A DNA stretch of 63,198 nt, the filler included, from Hausera hauseri (taxonomy: Eukaryota): NCBI GenBank assembly GCA_046269625.1. It is 12 parts of 12 records of this genome, joined end to end, with 100 filler letters (N's around TTAATTAATTAA, not from the genome) between each part and the next. Parts side by side here need not be neighbours in the genome. Positions count along the whole stretch, not along the records: positions 21,498 to 28,476 come from JBJURY010046887.1; positions 28,577 to 33,020 come from JBJURY010578670.1; positions 33,121 to 37,105 come from JBJURY010838525.1; positions 37,206 to 43,846 come from JBJURY010079325.1; 8 more parts are not named here. The stretch is one strand, 5' to 3'. Position 1 is the stretch's first letter. The number at the start of each line of letters is the position of its first letter. Shown one piece after another: positions 25,526 to 37,889 of the stretch. The position numbers were made by a program, and so were the translations under genes. The notes under the pieces are model-generated. The model was given only the letters and a program-made list of their open reading frames with translations. It was not told the DNA's origin and did no database searches.

Positions 25526-28126
25526 ATCAGGTTTAGTTCTCAGAATATTCGCATACTTCTTTATCAGGACTTTTGCAACCGTGTTGTAAATTGCATTCTC
25601 ACTAGATAATTTAGTTAAGGTCTGAGCTTGTTTTCAGTCATTCACATTAATTGATTCCATCATGTCCTTCTCGGCCAATGCTAAGTCTAGGATCATCTAT
25701 ACATTGAATTTCCTGTTCTGCGGATACCTTTATATTTCTTCTAGGTTTACTGGAGTTCCCGAATTTTCGGCCGTTATTTCTTCTAAATAAGCATCCCATT
25801 CTGGTTTATTCGCAATATCTGGAAGTCCATAGTCTACTAGAGCTGTATTCGTCCTTTGGACATTTTCTCGAATTTCTCTAAATTTTGGTTGTATTTCTTT
25901 CATCTGCGTAGTTCGGAATCCTATTCCGCTTCCACAGGCATATTGAATCATTTTCAATAATTCGCCTAACTCGTTAGCATTGATAAATCTCTTTTGGTGA
26001 TAGTCGGTTAATTCCATAATTACATCTCTTTGCCATCTCTGCACAAATTATTGTTTATTTTTAATTTCTGATTCCGTAAAAGTGTATTTGTTCCGGTAGC
26101 TTTCGAATTCTTTTACTAGTTCATCTAGCCTTGTTGCTCTTTGTTTCGTTTTAATGCATGATTCTTCAACTTGTTGTAGTTTGGGAATTAATTGCCTCAT
26201 TCTTTTATCTAAGATTTCGATGTCTTGGGCAGAGATCTTATCGATTGGTTTTTCCGTTAAGTATTGGATTCCTTCTAGTCCAGCAACCTTCAACTTTGAG
26301 TTTACATCGTAAATCATGTTCCGCTTTTCCATGAAGTTCGGCTCTTCGATCAATTTATAAATCTCCAATATCGACGTTTCTTGTTTTCTTTTCATAAATT
26401 TTAGCCGTCTTAACGCTTCGAATTGGGTGCGGATATCTATTTCTATTTTCATTGTGCCTAGATCATGTGCATTTTCTTCTAGCTGATTCTTTACCATTGG
26501 TTCGCTTTGCGGAAATTCTTTTTTGCGGTCTTCTACTAACTTGCTTAGTCTGTTTACTAACTCGGACCATTCTGGCAATTGATTTCCGATAACTGGTTTC
26601 GCCATTATAGCCTTATCTAACATCTTATACGCGTTTTTTAACTCATCGTCGGGCCCTCTTAGGAAATTCATAATCCGACCGACATAACTAAACTCATCCT
26701 TATATTCGTCCAGTTCTACAATACAAGCTTTTATTACGTATTGAGTTTCCTCATGGTTTGGGAACATAATTCGGTTTCTTAAACTATTAATCTGTGATCT
26801 TTATCATTCTGCATTTTGATGCGGCTCTCTAAGTCCGCACATCAACTGTTTTCGACAAAGGCAAATTTTATCATCTCCATTAAGGGAGGAATATCTATCA
26901 GGTCTACACCCAATATCTCAAAATCGATACAACTTCGATCGCTAACCGTTTTTCCCTAAGCCGATTAATCATTGCACAGCGAATTTCATCCATCATACGT
27001 TCTAAATTACGGACTACTCTCTTCAGTTTTGGGTTTGTTTCCAAGGTAGACAGTAGTGTTTGAGCCTTAGCAACTTTCACATCAATACTATCTTCATTTT
27101 TACTCCATCCTTCTGAAAATTCTACACCACTTTTAATCCACTAGTCTAATTCGTGGTTCCATTTTGTCAACGTATCTTGTGGTACCTCTTTCGGTTGTCT
27201 TACTTCAATTGCTTCATCGAGTTTCCCTTCACTCCACAATCTTAAACTCTTGTATAATTTCTCCGCAAATTGTTGTTCCTTGCCAGATATATCTGTTTGT
27301 TTACTAATCTGCTTGAGCCTTTTCAAATTGTGTCTGAGTATTTCTGGATTGTGACATTTACTTCTCATCCTCTTTAATTCTTTAGCATTTTTTCATGAAC
27401 GTCGAACTTTCCATTTTCTCGCATCATGGTCATTATTATTGCCCGTTTCTTCTTCACTAGCGGGAAGCGGACAAATTTCGTTTATTTCCTCATTAACATT
27501 TTCCATCTCTGGAGTTTCTAACACTTCTGGAATCCCTATAGGCGCAATAGAAATCCCTGAGGGCGAGTCATCTCTTAGGATAGCAGTATGGAAATCTTTT
27601 TTTCTTCTGTATCCCTTTTAATGGGAGATTGTGAACGAGTCTTAGATTTTCACTTAGGCGATGGGCTTCTACCTCTATTCTTCGTTATATTGAGAACTAA
27701 GGGCCCAATAAATTTACTTTTGACTTCGTCTATTTTTTCATCTGGATTATGCGTCGCGGCTTCTATTTCCGTATTTAAATTTACATTTTTAGATGTCGAT
27801 GGTTTCTCCGATTGTGATATTCCTTGCGAAATAGACTTCTTACGCTCCATATTAGTATTATTTGGCGCCAATGCCCATTCTTCTTCGGTCTGTGGTTCTT
27901 TTAATCTATGATAAATTTCCATTAGTCGTAATTTCTTTTCATATTATTTTCTAGCGTTCATGACTTGAGAATTAGTAGTTTCCCTTAGATTTCTTACAGA
28001 TATGTGTAAATTTTGCATTTCGATAATCAGGCTTATATCTCCTCGTTTGCCATAGATGGCTTCCAAGTTATTCTTGATCATACTTGTTTTGTTTGGTTCA
28101 GTAAATGTGACACTTCTAGGATTTGG

Positions 28127-28168
28127 GCATGACCTAGCAATATGACCTTCTTTTTCACATGTAAAGCA
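28127..28168 (-). other. Gag CCHC zinc knuckle (copy 1)
   Basis: CFTCEKEGHIARSC, preceded by an R/N/D-rich nucleocapsid-like region. Confidence 0.95.
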
Positions 28169-28576
28169 AATTAAATTTTCATTTCGACTAATCCTTTTCT
28201 GACATCTTTATTCACGGGTGATTTTGACCTATTTGTGTTCTTATTCTGACTCTGGGATATTTGTCTGCTATCTCCATCATATCGATTTTCGTTACTTCGA
28301 TTCTCAGTGTGTTTAGCATTAGGTCGGTAAACACTTTGGTTTTTATCTCAACTGTAACTCGGTTTATTATACGAGTTGTATATGTTTCAATTACTAAAAT
28401 TTCTATCATTTCTTTGATTTCTATTTTGGGCATTTCTATTATCTTTTCTATTTCGATTATTGCGGTCATTATTCCTNNNNNNNNNNNNNNNNNNNNNNNN
28501 NNNNNNNNNNNNNNNNNNNNTTAATTAATTAANNNNNNNNNNNNNNNNNNNNNNNNNNNNNNNNNNNNNNNNNNNN

Positions 28577-28817
28577 ACAAAATCAATATTTCGAATTAAG
28601 CAAAATGTGCATTTAAAGCCCAGTGAAGCGGAAATCAATAAATCTAATAGCGGCACTGGATAGGAAGTTATGTACGTTAAATTGCAATATGGCATCAGGT
28701 ATTCGAATTCGAGCTCACAAGTCGAATACTTAGCTATTCGAACTCAAAAACTCGGTCAAACATGCATTATTGGAAGAATCTAATGATTTCATTCGATTCC
28801 TTGTGGTCGAAAACCTT
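28577..28817. repeat. Dispersed repeat shared with 4589-4828
   Basis: Collinear similarity to 4589-4828. Confidence 0.9.
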
Positions 28818-29394
28818 AAATTTGGCGCCGCCTTCAATTTAATTTAATTTATGTATTAAAACAAAGGCGATTTAAAACTAATCAATAAGCGAGGCAGTAT
28901 ATGGTGATATGGCAATGTTTTTCATAATTTCCAAAATAACTTCAACGATTGGTAAGTTTTTATTTGTGCTGCTCAAATAGTTGGTTGATTTTAGATGTGC
29001 AAACTTTACAGCAAATGTTTGGCTAAATCCACGAGCCGGAAAATTTCCACAGTGTTATGAAGTACTTTGGCCATATGTACAACAGGGTTCAGTATTATAT
29101 ATGCCCTACATGTGTGGCAGTGTGCCAAACCGATTATGAAGACTTTTACAATGTCCATAAACAGTACTTGATTTCCTTCACTAAGTCGAAAAAACAAATA
29201 TTCAGTACCAATATGCCAATAACGAATTTCGTGCCATAGGAAAATCAAAGATACAGTTCATATGTGTATTGCACATGTGCAATACACAACCCTCAGAATT
29301 GCCACAATGCTATGAGGAGCTATGATGAATACAAATTCAATAGAGCCCTTATTATATTTGCCCAAGATGTGAGGCTGTATATGATGGAGAATAC

Positions 29395-32300
29395 ATGCAG
29401 TTTTACAAAGATCATATTGCCCATTTGGCAGAATTCAATTCAAAGCCAAAGAAGGCAATATTTAATAAGCAGCATCTTGCTGTGACAGCACAGCTAGTTG
29501 TACAGCCTGCTTTAGCAGCAAGGCCTGATGCAAGACCAAAACGCCTATCAGAAGTAGCAGCAGATGCTCAATCAAAAAGTCAAAGACAGCGGCCAGTTGA
29601 TGCAGTTGCACTGAAGAGCAAAGTTCGGCGATACTTTGTATCAGCAATGGGGCAGACATCGCTTTATGAATTCCTGCAATATTCAAAGGAGGTGGCAGCA
29701 GGAATTCTCCAGGACAACTTGTTGGAGCTGAAAGCCCTTAAGGTGAACTTTAAATTGGAAGCCACCTTCACCAATGTTAAAGGAGAGCTGTCTAATAAAA
29801 CATTCAAGACAAAGAACAGGACACTATTGAAATCCTTTAATATTAAGGATTTAATTACTGAGGACTATGCAAGGCTCATTCGCAAAGCCGAAGAAGGCCA
29901 GGACAAGAAGAGTGATGGGACTTTAGCAATAATAAATGGGTTACTTGTGCATGTGCAAAAGTATTCTCCCATGAGAGACAGGGTACTACATACCGCTTCC
30001 TGAATGGATAGTTAAGAAAAAGGCATGTATCCGTGTCCATAATAATGACAACATGTGTTTCATGTATGCCATTTTATCAAAACTAGTCCAGGATTAAAAT
30101 AATGCTTCGCGAGTTTGGATATATGACAAAGTGCAGCACACATACGACTTCAGCTGTATTTCATTCCTGCCGAATCTAGATGAAGTCGTGAAATTTGAAA
30201 GCGTGAACATCTCAATCAATATCTTACGATTGGAGGAGGAAATATTTTGTCCATTACATGTGTGCAAGGAGGAATTGGAGGATCATAGGAATCTACTCCT
30301 GCTAGATGATGGAGAAACGAGGCATTTCATCTGTATCAAGAATTTTGAGCTCCTCGTAGGATCCCAAATATTCAAGCATAAATCAAGGCTGGAAATATGC
30401 AAGAGATGCTTTTCCCATTTTAATGGGGACACAGCCGCAGAAAGGCTGGTGGAGCACAAGACTTACTCTAATACAAACCACTGCATCCGAGCAAAATTCC
30501 CCAAAAAGGATTACCTGGAATTCAAGGAGTTCGAGAAGATGCAGAAGGTGCCGATTGTCGTCTATTGTGATTTTGAGACCATTCTCAGCCAAGTTCACAG
30601 CTGCATCCCTAATCCTCAACATAGCAGCACAACAGCATACCAATATCATGAACTCTCATCATATTGTATGTATGCCAAAGGACTGGACAATGAACCATTT
30701 CTATTCAGAGGGTCCGACGCAGCAGCACATTTTATGAAGAGATTAGACGACATGGCTCATAGGCTTGAAAACATTCTTCAGCAGCATAAGGATACAATGA
30801 GCATGTCGAAGAAACAAGATGAATGGTGTAAGGCAACAAGTTAATTGTGCGACAAGTCCTTCACGAAGGATAATTATAAAGTCAGGGATCATTGCATTTT
30901 ACAGGCAAATATCGAGGTGCAGCATGCAACAACTGCAATCTACGTTGCAAAACATACACATATGTGCCTATAGTGTTCCACAATTTCAGCGGTTATGATT
31001 CCCACTTCATTGTTCGGGAACTGGGTAATATTGAGGGGAACATTAATGTCATTGCAAACAGTGAAGAAAATATATCACCTTCACTAAGCATGTGGGCCGC
31101 ATTAAACTTTGATTCATAGACAGCTTCCGCTTCATGAGCTCGTCACTGGATAGTTTAATGAAGAACCTCCCTGCAGAAGAACTCAAGGAGACGAAGTGGT
31201 TCTTCCCCACTGCATCTGACCTCGTCAAGAAAGGCGTGTTCCCCTATGACTATGTAACGTCATGGAAAGAACTGGATGAAGATGCATTACCGGCCGAGGA
31301 GGATTTCTATAGTCAGTTGTCATCCAGTCCTATTAGCGATGCTGACTATAAGCATGACCAAAGAGTATGGCAAACCTTCCAGCGCAGGACAAGAGGAGAA
31401 TACAGTGATATCTATCTCTTCACAGATGTGCTGCTACTTACAGATGTCTTCTAAAGCTTCCGGGATGTGACCCTTAAGACCCACAAGTTAGATCCAGCCC
31501 ATTTCTTTACAACTCCAGGAATGAGCTGGGCGGCGATACTGCACTATACGGGCATAAGGCTCCAGATATTGAAGGATTACAATATGGTCCTCATGGTTGA
31601 GAGAGGCATCAGGGGCGGAATCAGCCAGGCCATTCACAGCTACAGTGAGGCCAATAACAAATACATGGCAGATTATGATCCATCAAAGGAATCCTCATAT
31701 ATGTCATATCTGGATGCCAACAACTTGTATGGATGCGCAATGAGCAACCCATTGCCCTATGATAACTTCAAATGGGTCAAGAATCATGAAGACATCCCAA
31801 TATTGAACCTAGATTCCATTGGAGATACGGGCTATATACTGGAGGTGGACGTGGAATACCCACATAGCATCCACGCAAGGCATGAGCAGCTGCCATTTCT
31901 GCCGGAAAGCAGGCCTCTGCCCCATGGAAAGCATAAGAAGCTGCTCTATTACCTCGAAAACAGGGAGAGGTATGTAGTCCACTACATAAATCTCCAACAG
32001 GCCATCCAAAATGGACTCCGAGTCATCAGGATTCATCGGGCCCTGCGGTTCAGCCAGTCCACATGGCTGAATCCATACACAGACCTCAATACCCAGTTGA
32101 GGGCCAATGCCAAGAACGAGTTTGAAAAGGACCAATTCAAGCTGTATAATAACTCAGTATTTGAAAAACTATGCAGAACATCCGGAACCAGATAAACATC
32201 CAGCTGGTATGTGACTGGAAGAGAACAAAGAAACTCATCGCTAAGCCCAATTGCCACAGCTGCACAATCTACACAGAGAACTTGGTGAACATCCATATGA

Positions 32301-32885
32301 ACATCCATCACTTAAGTTCAACAAGCCTATATATGTGGGCATATCCAAGAGCTTGATGTATGACTTTCATTACAACATCATGGTCCCCACATTTAAGGAG
32401 CTCCAGCTAATGTACATGGACACGGATAATTTCATATACCAGATCCATACAGATGATGTCTTTGAAAAGTTTCAAAAATTGGCGCAGCATATTGATACCA
32501 CGGACTATCCCAAGGATCATCCAAATTACTCAATCGTCAACAAGAAGGTTCTCGGAAAGTTTAAAGACAAGGTGAATGGGAAGATCATCACCCGTTTCGT
32601 TGCTTTGAATTCAAAAATGTACGCCATCGATTTAAGTGGTCAGGTAAAGAAGCGGGTTAAGGGAGTTCAAAGGGCCACATTAACTTAATACATAGGTTTG
32701 TGGATTTTGAGAGATTGTTGCGGGAACAAACTCACATCGTCAGCGAGATGAAGAGGATCCAGTTCCGAGAACATCAGATTGCCACGATTGCACTTCGGAA
32801 GAAAAGCCCCGATTGGTTCGATGACAAAAGGCACATTCTTGAAGACAAAATCCACATACTACCTCACGGACATATGGCATTGTAA
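29395..32885 (+). pseudogene. Polinton/Maverick (adintovirus-like) protein-primed family B DNA polymerase, decayed
   Basis: Motifs include NNDNMCFMYAILS, exonuclease VYCDFET and FHNFSGYDSHF, endonuclease-VII-like RDH.HFTGKYRGAACNNCNL, KGVFPYDY, GIRGGIS, YLDANNLYGCAM, KLYNNSVF.K, YMDTD, KKVLGKFKD, KGV and DDKR..L....TLPHGH-like. There are multiple stops and frameshifts, and AATAAA at 32915. Confidence 0.92.
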
Positions 32886-33607
32886 ATATTGTTATTCATT
32901 GTTATTCTTTGTTTAATAAATGTTGTATAGAAATACTGTATTTTCTTCTTGATCAAGTAATGTGGGATATAGGATAAGGCCAAGTAAAACTAAGTAACTA
33001 CTATATAGGATAAGACCAACNNNNNNNNNNNNNNNNNNNNNNNNNNNNNNNNNNNNNNNNNNNNTTAATTAATTAANNNNNNNNNNNNNNNNNNNNNNNN
33101 NNNNNNNNNNNNNNNNNNNNTTCATGTTCGTCTATGTACTAACTATCTTCCGAAGGAATCTCTTTAAGACGGTCGTTTCAGCCTTGCTACCTACAAACAG
33201 AGGTTCGTAATTTATACTAGTTCCGATTAATTCGGTTTCATTCTTGTCGTATTTGTCTTTCACATTAACCAGGTCCATTGATCGCAATTCTTGCATTAAT
33301 TGTGGTGTTGTTAAGAACCATAACTTTTGCAGAATTATTAATTTTTGTTCCCGTTTGTGAGGAGGAATTGAAACGGATATTGACGTTTAAATTCAATTCA
33401 AAGTTAATTCAATAAATAGCCAATAGAAAGTCAGGAAATTCAGAAAAGAAAGAAAATAAGTCTCATTTCCCCAGTGAAGGAGATAAATGTTATATAAAAC
33501 TTATAATAAATCTCTTATGGATAATTCTATTTAACAATCTTCAAGTGACGTTGAGGTCGGGATGGCAGAGACTCGATCTACTTACATAACTTTTGCGTCC
33601 CCATAAA

Positions 33608-33833
33608 TATTAGGGTTCCCAGACTTCAAGAAGGAATTTATTCTGGATACCGATGCTAGCTTCAATACGATTGGAGTAGTTTTATCACAGAAAGGCATTA
33701 CCGGGTATGAAAGAGTGATTGCATACCGGTCACACGGAATAAATAATTACGAAAAGGGCTATTGCATTACACAGAACAAGTTTCTGGATATGTAGTACTT
33801 CTGTCAACATTTTAATCATTACTTCTCTGAGTA
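33608..33833 (+). mobile_element. Ty3/Gypsy RNase H fragment
   Basis: ILGFPDFKKEFILDTDASFNTIGVVLSQ....ERVIAY.S......EKGYCIT. Confidence 0.9.
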
Positions 33834-36242
33834 GATAGAATGGAGCGCATGAGCACAGTACTCCTCCTGGAAGAAAAAAAAATGCACCATAGCGCAGACG
33901 TTGACCAATCAGAGCACAATATGTGTGTACGGGGAAGGAACTAACCAATGAGAAGACAATATGTGTGTAGCAGAGAAGACATTGTGGCTCGGATTGGGTT
34001 TCACTATTCCCAACCCTTTTGTTTTAATTTCGCGCCAAAAATTTCTTTTCTTTAAATTTTGGTATATTGGTAGCCGGGTATAAATATAGGTGTGAAAATA
34101 CCATGACATTATTTTAATAAATAGTACGACAAATGATATGTTTTTATAATTTTGTTCTCCTAAATTATCTATTTACTTAGAATTACAAAATAGATAGATA
34201 GAGGCTCACATATGAAATATTCAGTGGGAAAATTGATTGTGTCCAATTTCTAAATAAACTGGAGAATGAATACTTTTTATCAACGGAAGACTATGTAGAA
34301 CTTGTAAAGATCTCATTCAAGTCAATGATAGAACTATAGATTTCATGGAAAATAAATGACGAGAAATGTAGTCGTATCCATGTTTATATTGCCATAGAAG
34401 ATCATAATGATGTCCATTGTAAAAGTGGAGATGCAGTGGCGTGTGATAGGCTACCTCCCGCATTTTGTAATGGATTTTTGCATACATCAAAATGTCACCA
34501 TTTAACAACGGTACTACAGCTACATAGCCGTTCTGTTGTGTTCCTTGTTGTTGTACGATCTCTGCGGAACTATTGAATATCTCTATGGATACCACGTGGC
34601 GATTTTTATGTCCGGATTCATTCCGAATATTTTCTGTACGAACTTAAATATATTTCATTGCTTTTAATGATCCATAATTTGGCATAGACAGTTTTGAAGA
34701 CTGTGTGGAGCAGCACAGGTGGTATAATATTTTGTCATATACCGAAATAAGATCGGCTGTCCCAATACATAAATATGTGAGAGGTAGCCAGTCAACATTG
34801 CCAAATATTCGTCGTAATATCTGTCAGAATCGTGACTTTCTTTCACAGAAAGACTGCCCTACAGTACGGGATTATGAACAATGCAGCATTCTATTTTGTT
34901 CAAAACTAATAGCCAGAAGTGCCGAATATTAAAATTGATTTGAAAATGAAATATATCTTAAAATGAAATTTAACTTAAAATCAACTTTAAACTAAATTTA
35001 AACTCAATTTAAATTAAACAAAAACTTGACAAAATTGACGAAAACTTTGTTAAGGTTCACATTTTTAAACGTTGTTGGTAGAACCTTGGACAAGTGCAAA
35101 AACCGATCATATTCAAAAGCTCCAATCGCCGTATTTTGACTTCATTGGCAAAAGGTTTTTTCATATCATTATTTCATACGTATTTGACTATTTCTTATAA
35201 AGATCCCCGTGACAGTTAGAAATGTTCCCTTATTGGTAAAATTTATAATTCAACAAACGACTTATATACGTATAATATGGAATGCGTACTTTTCAAATAG
35301 ACACTGAATTTTGGTGGTTAAATGAAGTATAAATATAAAGTAGCCTATAATCGTGACCGCTACTTACAGATGTGGTAATTCTATGGATCAGACTCCGTTA
35401 GAATTTGAACCGAGAATAATAATTTGCGGTTATTACCAATTTTGAACTTTGTAAAGGAAAAAAAACAGCTATTAATTTTACGATTTTCGAATGTCAAGAA
35501 AATTTAGCTCAGTGTTATTAACTCATTAACTCAATTTGTATGCAAAATGATTTACTTGGCAACTCTGCCAAACAAGTGATTTAAATTTGCATAAAACGTA
35601 ACTTTTTATGACTTTCCTTTATTTTTATGTAACTACCTATATTATTGGTGCCAGTCTTCATGTTATTGATTGGAAACTACATATAGCAACATAATATTGT
35701 ATATCATGAAACATTTAATGGTGCATGGAAAATTGTTACTTTTTGTATCTAAGAGTTATTATGTAAAAAGCTTATGATTAGCCGGGTATAAATACCCGGC
35801 CATTCTTGGTAGAGACACCATAAAAACTGTTAGCTTGAACTGCTATATCTCTTCTTGAGTATTGTACAATCAGTGAGTTTTTGTCCATTTTATGATCATC
35901 ATTGTTAATTTATTTCTTTTGAAAATATTATTTTATTTTTGCCATACTTTGTTCTTATTCTAAGTAAATAAATAAGTAAATAACTTCTAAGTAATTTTGG
36001 AAAGCTAGCCGTCCAGGTCGAACCCTACCTGACGGCAACCTGTTTAATTTTAAGTAAAGAGAGCTAAATTATAACCTTAGTAAGTAAGAGGAACCACAGG
36101 CCCACAGCCTACTTGCCCCCGACACACAGACATAGGATAGCTTAGGTAAGGTCCTAGAGTCTGTTCTTGTTCAACCCATATTTCACACGTATAAGAAAGT
36201 TAACAGTCTCTCCCAGGTGAAATATTGTGCAGATTGAACAAC

Positions 36243-36260
36243 TGGTGCCGTGACCCGGGA
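36243..36260 (+). promoter_or_regulatory. Primer-binding site, tRNA-His type, immediately after a putative 5' LTR ending ...TGAACA (36240)
   Basis: TGGTGCCGTGAC(C)CGG is complementary to the eukaryotic tRNA-His 3' end (PBS TGGTGCCGTGACTCGG). It lies 2 nt after CA and ~160 nt upstream of gag. Confidence 0.8.
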
Positions 36261-36400
36261 ACGACTACTCTTAGATAGTAAACGAAGAAACCGTTAAGAT
36301 AACGACCAGAAGAGGGACACCATACAAGTTAGGTTCGGACGACAATTTACCATTCGGGTTAGAATTTTTAAACAACTTAAGCGAAGAGGAAGAGAACGGA

Positions 36401-37105
36401 ATGGCAAGAAACGAACACAACGTAGAGCAGGTGATACAGTCAAAAGCTGACTTCACCTTGCCCATGAAGAAGTTTTCAGGAAAAGAAGACGTACAGGATT
36501 TTATCATGGAATACGAGGTATATTCAAAAAGTTTTGGATGGAATGACCAACAACGAATGGAGAGGTTACCTCTCCATTTAAAGGGAACTGCATTAACGAT
36601 TTACTTCCAGATGCCAGAAGAGGATAAAAAGGATTGGAAGACTGTCAAAGAAAAGTTACCTCAAAAATTTCTGGTAGATCCTTCTGGTAAAGGAAGGATA
36701 GAAGAATTTATACGAAGGAGGCAACGAAAAGATGAGACAGTACAGGATTTTGTCTGTGCATTGGAAAAGTTAGCCGCAAGGGCTTATCCGGATGCAGTAA
36801 TAAGAAGTAACGCGTTGTTGGCCCAATTCCAATATGGATTAGAAGCAAGGTTAAGAAGTATTATACTACAAGCTGATCCCTCCACGTTTCAAGAGGCAAT
36901 CAGGAAAGCCCGAAAAGCTGAGCGGGACGCGGAATTATATAAATGGACCAAGTCGAAAGAAAATACAAATAATTATAAACGAAAAAACAATAATAGTACT
37001 CAAAGATATCAGAGATACGATAGAAACCGAAGCCCTTCGCAAACGTCAGCTACAGAGGCTGAGTCAGATGTGGAGAAGAAGGTAAGGTTTAAGTTAAAGA
37101 ACCAT
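36401..37105 (+). CDS. Ty3/Gypsy gag (capsid) ORF, open to the contig end
   Basis: FSGKEDVQDF..YE......GW......LPLHLKGTA...F / RRQRKDETVQDF...L..LA..AYP / QF..GL...P.TF.EA...A..E. Confidence 0.9.
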
Positions 37106-37339
37106 NNNNNNNNNNNNNNNNNNNNNNNNNNNNNNNNNNNNNNNNNNNNTTAATTAATTAANNNNNNNNNNNNNNNNNNNNNNNNNNNNNNNNNNNNNNN
37201 NNNNNTAACAAATAATTGTAAGCATATAATATAATATAATATGTAATATTATATAATAGATTTTATAATAATGTAAAGGCCTGTCTCATCCGTTTATTAA
37301 TATGTACATATGTAGTAATAATAATAACAAAATTTCAGG

Positions 37340-37443
37340 ACAAATGGCGTTATACATCGCGACATAAAGACTAAAAATTTGGTCATCGATTATGATTACA
37401 ATGTGAAATTGGTAGATTTTGGATGGTCCATGCATTCTCCTAG
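37340..37443 (+). pseudogene. Aurora-like protein kinase fragment (catalytic loop to DFG)
   Basis: GVIHRDIKTKNLVIDYDYNVKLVDFGWSMHSP; DFGWS.H.P is characteristic of Aurora kinases. A tttcag acceptor precedes it. Confidence 0.75.
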
Positions 37444-37810
37444 AATGAATTTTCTACCGAAAATCCTGAAGGGTGGAATTGTCGGTATTGTCGGCGTGAT
37501 TTGTGTTTATTCCATCGATTTGGTAAAGACTCGATTACAGAATCAACAAAAGGGAATGTGAATGTATAAAGGAATGTTTGATTGTGCAAAGAAGACGTTT
37601 AAATCGGAAGGATTTTTTAAAATGCATAGTGGGCGTGGTGTTAATTTATTGTTGATAATGCCGGAGAATTCGATCAAATTGGTAGATAATGATTTCTTTC
37701 GATATTTGTTGAAACCAGAAGGAAAGGAATTACCGCCATTTCGTAAAATGCTATTCGGTGGCGGTGCTGGTATGAGTCAAATTATCGCTACGACTCCAAT
37801 GGAATTGTTG
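37444..37810 (+). pseudogene. Mitochondrial glutamate carrier (SLC25A18/22-like), N-terminal fragment
   Basis: FLPKIL.GG..GIVGV.CVY.IDLVKTRLQNQQ..*MYKGMFDC.KKT.KSEG.F.M..G..VNLLL..PE..IKL..NDFFR...GGGAG..QII.TTPMELL. Confidence 0.85.
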
Positions 37811-37889
37811 ACCAATAAGTATTGCTTGAAATCTGGTAGCAATGTCGGCCCAAACATATGAACTGATGCTGAGAGTGAATACAAACAGC

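Larger units (their letters stand above)
22347..28476 (-). mobile_element. Degenerate envelope-bearing LTR-retroelement (Ty3/Gypsy-like), copy 1: gag-CCHC / helical region / UBL / AT-hook / chuvirus-like glycoprotein / protease motif
   Basis: Collinear minus-strand ORF fragments are separated by single stops or frameshifts, and the region is homologous to 59121-63198. Confidence 0.8.

Noticed and set aside
22347-28476. Interpretation as a pol-less, non-autonomous gag-env element or as a free chuvirus integration
   Set aside because: A protease-like motif follows the glycoprotein and is cut by Tc1, so pol may simply lie outside the contig. No chuviral nucleoprotein or L-protein motifs were seen.
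33121-33360. Minus-strand peptide as a third copy of the polyprotein's unknown region
   Set aside because: There is only vague compositional resemblance, with no shared conserved block.
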